A DNA stretch of 10,918 nt from positions 1 to 10,918 of the forward strand of contig PKZK01000170.1 in NCBI GenBank assembly GCA_003133025.1, in the 5' to 3' direction. Below the pieces are notes generated by a model that saw only the letters and a list, made by a program, of their open reading frames with translations, was not told where the DNA came from and searched no databases. Both the position numbers and the translations under genes were made by a program. Positions 7,053 through 10,918 of this stretch are shown piece after piece. Every line of letters begins with the position of its first letter. Positions within the stretch are counted from its first letter, which is position 1. Source of the DNA: Vulcanimicrobiota bacterium. GTDB taxonomy: Bacteria; Vulcanimicrobiota; Vulcanimicrobiia; Vulcanimicrobiales; Vulcanimicrobiaceae.

Positions 7053-7248
7053 AACTGGTGGTATTGGACATCGCCTTCCGTCGTGGCGATCTGTAACGCG
7101 GCCGGCCGCGCACGAAGAGTAGGAGCTCCCCAAGCCGAGCCTGTGCGGCGCGCTACCGTGAAACCCTGAGACTCACGTCGCGCCGTGCGTTCCCAGTCTT
7201 CCGGGAGGACACTTCGTGAAGTTCATCTCCGACAGCATCTTCTCAGTT
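7053..7248. ncRNA. Candidate structured non-coding RNA or long structured leader (family and strand unresolved)
   Basis: Nested complementary segments form one long rod: 7111-7117/7212-7218, 7126-7130/7203-7207, 7146-7152/7179-7185 and 7157-7161/7173-7177. Side hairpins at 7070-7090 and 7097-7110, and possible closing pairing 7053-7057/7244-7248. Confidence 0.4.
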
Positions 7249-7350
7249 GCCCCGGTTTTGGCATCCGTCGCAGGCCGCCGGCAAACGCCGCGCCCAAACC
7301 GAGGTGCATACCGCCGCTGCAGCCGCTCGCTCCGGCATTCGACGGCGCAA

Positions 7351-7359
7351 ACGATAGCA
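7351..7359 (-). promoter_or_regulatory. Putative extended -10 promoter (TGCTATCGT) downstream of mnmG, pointing toward rsmG
   Basis: TGn-TAnnnT match 22-30 nt after the mnmG stop. Confidence 0.35.
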
Positions 7360-7380
7360 TCCGAACCGGCGACATCGGCT

Positions 7381-9240
<1,860 letters not shown>

Positions 9241-9247
9241 CGACTTC

Positions 9248-9256
9248 ATGCTATCA
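9248..9256 (-). promoter_or_regulatory. Putative extended -10 (TGATAGCAT) for leaderless mnmG
   Basis: TGA-TAGCAT-GAAGTCG-ATG. No SD before either candidate ATG. Confidence 0.45.
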
Positions 9257-9264
9257 CGCGCGCT

Positions 9265-10623
9265 TTATTTCCCGATGCAGAAGCGCGCGAAGATCGCATC
9301 GAGGAGCCGCTCGTCGGCCTCGCGCCCGCCCAACTCGCCGAGCGCGCGAATAGCGCCGCGCAAGTCCCCCGCGATCAGGTCGGTCGCGTCGCCGATGCGC
9401 AGCGTCTCCTGGGCCGCGGCCAGCGCCTCGGCGGCTTCGAGCACGGCGCCGGCCTGACGCGCGGTGCCCAGATGCGGGCGCGACCAATCGGGTTCGTCGC
9501 CGCGCGCCGCCGCGCCGGCCAAGCGCGAACGCAGCGCTTCCACGTCGCCGGCGTCGCGCGTCGAGCCCAGCAGTGCGTCGGACTCCGGCTCGTCGCGCTC
9601 GTCGAAGCCGGCGCGCCCGGCATCGCTCTTGTTGAAAAAGAGCACGCGCGGCCGGGTGCGGGTGCGCGCCAAGAGCGCGCGTGCCTCGGCATCGAGCGGA
9701 AGCGAGGCATCGATCACGACCAGCGCCAAGGCGGCCGAGGCGAGCGCGACCTCCGTGCGGGCGATGCCTTCGGCCTCGATCCGCCCGGCATGTGCCCGAA
9801 TGCCCGCGGTATCGATCAGCCGCGCCCAGCCGTCGCCCAGCGCCACGCTCTCCTCGAGCGTATCGCGGGTCGTGCCGGGCAGTTCCGAGACGATCGCCCG
9901 CTCGGCGCCGAGCAGGGCGTTGAGCAGCGACGACTTGCCCGCGTTCGGCGGCCCGACGATGGCGACCGAGAGGCCTTCGCGCACGAGCCGGCCGCGCTCC
10001 CAGTCGCCGGCCAGGGTCGCGCAGCGCTCGCGCACCTCGGCGATCTCGGCGGTCAGGCGCGCCGGATCCGGAGACGGCACCTCATCGGGGAAGTCGACGG
10101 CCGCGGCCAACTCTTCCGCGATGCGCTCCAGCCGAGCGCGCAGCGCATCGGCCTCCGCGGCCAAGCCGCCGGAGAGTCGGGCTGCCGCGGCGCGCGCCGC
10201 AGCGGCGCGGTCGGCGGCGATCAGGTCGGCCACCGCTTCGGCGGCGGCCAGGTCCATTTTGCCGGCCAGGTAGGCGCGGCGCGTGAATTCGCCCGGCCGC
10301 GCGAGGCGCGCGCCGGCCTCGAGCACGGCGATCAGCGTCTCGCGCGCAACGGCCGGCGAGCCGTGCACGTGGAGTTCGAGTACGTCCTCGCCCGTATAGC
10401 TCGCCGGCGCGGCGAAGAACAACGCGAGGCCTTCGTCGAGCCGGCGGCCGCGCGCGTCGACGATTCCAGCCAGCGTCGCTAGGCGCGGTTGCAACGCGGC
10501 TCCCGGCGCGACGCGCTGCGCGATCGCGCGAACCTCCGGCCCGCTGACGCGCACGATCGCGATCGCGCCGCGCCCGGGCGGCGTGGCCAACGCGGCAATC
10601 GTGTCGCGTACGGGCGCGTCCAG
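9265..10623 (-). CDS. mnmE: tRNA modification GTPase MnmE/TrmE
   Basis: DTIAALATPPGRGAIAIVRVSG, SYTGEDVLELHVHGS, ARPGEFTRRA, G1 GPPNAGKSS, GTTRD, DTAG, NKSD and C-terminal FCIGK. Start uncertain: the track's TTG 10590 truncates the DTIAA motif, so CTG 10623 is proposed. Confidence 0.97.
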   Translation of the reverse strand: MDAPVRDTIAALATPPGRGAIAIVRVSGPEVRAIAQRVAPGAALQPRLATLAGIVDARGRRLDEGLALFFAAPASYTGEDVLELHVHGSPAVARETLIAVLEAGARLARPGEFTRRAYLAGKMDLAAAEAVADLIAADRAAAARAAAARLSGGLAAEADALRARLERIAEELAAAVDFPDEVPSPDPARLTAEIAEVRERCATLAGDWERGRLVREGLSVAIVGPPNAGKSSLLNALLGAERAIVSELPGTTRDTLEESVALGDGWARLIDTAGIRAHAGRIEAEGIARTEVALASAALALVVIDASLPLDAEARALLARTRTRPRVLFFNKSDAGRAGFDERDEPESDALLGSTRDAGDVEALRSRLAGAAARGDEPDWSRPHLGTARQAGAVLEAAEALAAAQETLRIGDATDLIAGDLRGAIRALGELGGREADERLLDAIFARFCIGK

Positions 10624-10631
10624 GTGAGGGC

Positions 10632-10918
10632 TTAGGCCTTCGGCGAGACGACCACGCGCCGCTCGGGTTCGACGCCCGCCGACTCGGTGGTCACGAACGG
10701 GTTGTCGGCGAGCGCGAGGTGGATCACCTTGCGTTCCGAGGGCAACATCGGATCGAGCGCGATCGAACGCTTCTCGCGCACGGCGCGCTCGAGCGTCTGC
10801 AGCGCGAGACCTTTGAGCATGTCCGCACGACGTGCGCGATAGCCTTCCGCATCGATCGTGAAATAGTGGCGGTCTTTCTTGACGCCCGCGTTCACGATGT
10901 TGTTGAAGATCAGGTTGA
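10632..10918 (-). CDS. jag: Jag/KhpB/EloR RNA-binding protein, C-terminal part (end of KH domain plus R3H domain); 5' end outside the window
   Basis: Frame is open to the window edge: NLIFNNIVN...IDAEGYRARR...LDPMLPSERKVIHLAL...TTESAGVEPERRVVVSP, with an R3H RxxxH motif. Canonical position upstream of mnmE. Confidence 0.92.
   Translation of the reverse strand, partial: NLIFNNIVNAGVKKDRHYFTIDAEGYRARRADMLKGLALQTLERAVREKRSIALDPMLPSERKVIHLALADNPFVTTESAGVEPERRVVVSPKA

Noticed and set aside
7157..7164. Additional parS half-sites (CGTGAAAC here; similar ones near 502 and 2120)
   Set aside because: Each has only one half-site, and the other half does not match the consensus.
6979..7380. oriC/DnaA-box cluster, SAM-I or cobalamin riboswitch, tmRNA, RNase P or SRP RNA in the mnmG-rsmG gap
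   Set aside because: There are no TTATCCACA-type boxes and no AT-rich unwinding element. Only short partial resemblances (e.g. GGATGCCAAAACC, GCCACGACGGAAGGC) occur, without the remaining conserved cores.

Overview
High-GC bacterial chromosomal segment from the conserved origin-proximal region. All credible genes lie on the minus strand. In transcription order they are: jag/khpB (3' part), mnmE, mnmG, a ~400-nt structured intergenic region, rsmG, an HD-domain CCA-adding enzyme, a parS-like site, a 123-aa stand-alone single-motif LAGLIDADG-fold ORF, parA, parB, a Tat-signal exported hypothetical protein, a lipoprotein, thiE and a divergent thiD (5' part). The most unusual element is the LAGLIDADG-like ORF. 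It has no intron or intein context, lies directly downstream of a parS-like site, and is translationally coupled to parA-parB-exported protein, which suggests a domesticated homing-endonuclease fold in the chromosome partition operon. Other items worth checking are a long imperfect hairpin (candidate ncRNA or leader) between mnmG and rsmG, a probable non-canonical mnmE start, leaderless-type starts, and a uORF plus terminator upstream of the lipoprotein gene. All calls come from motif recognition by eye; no searches were run.
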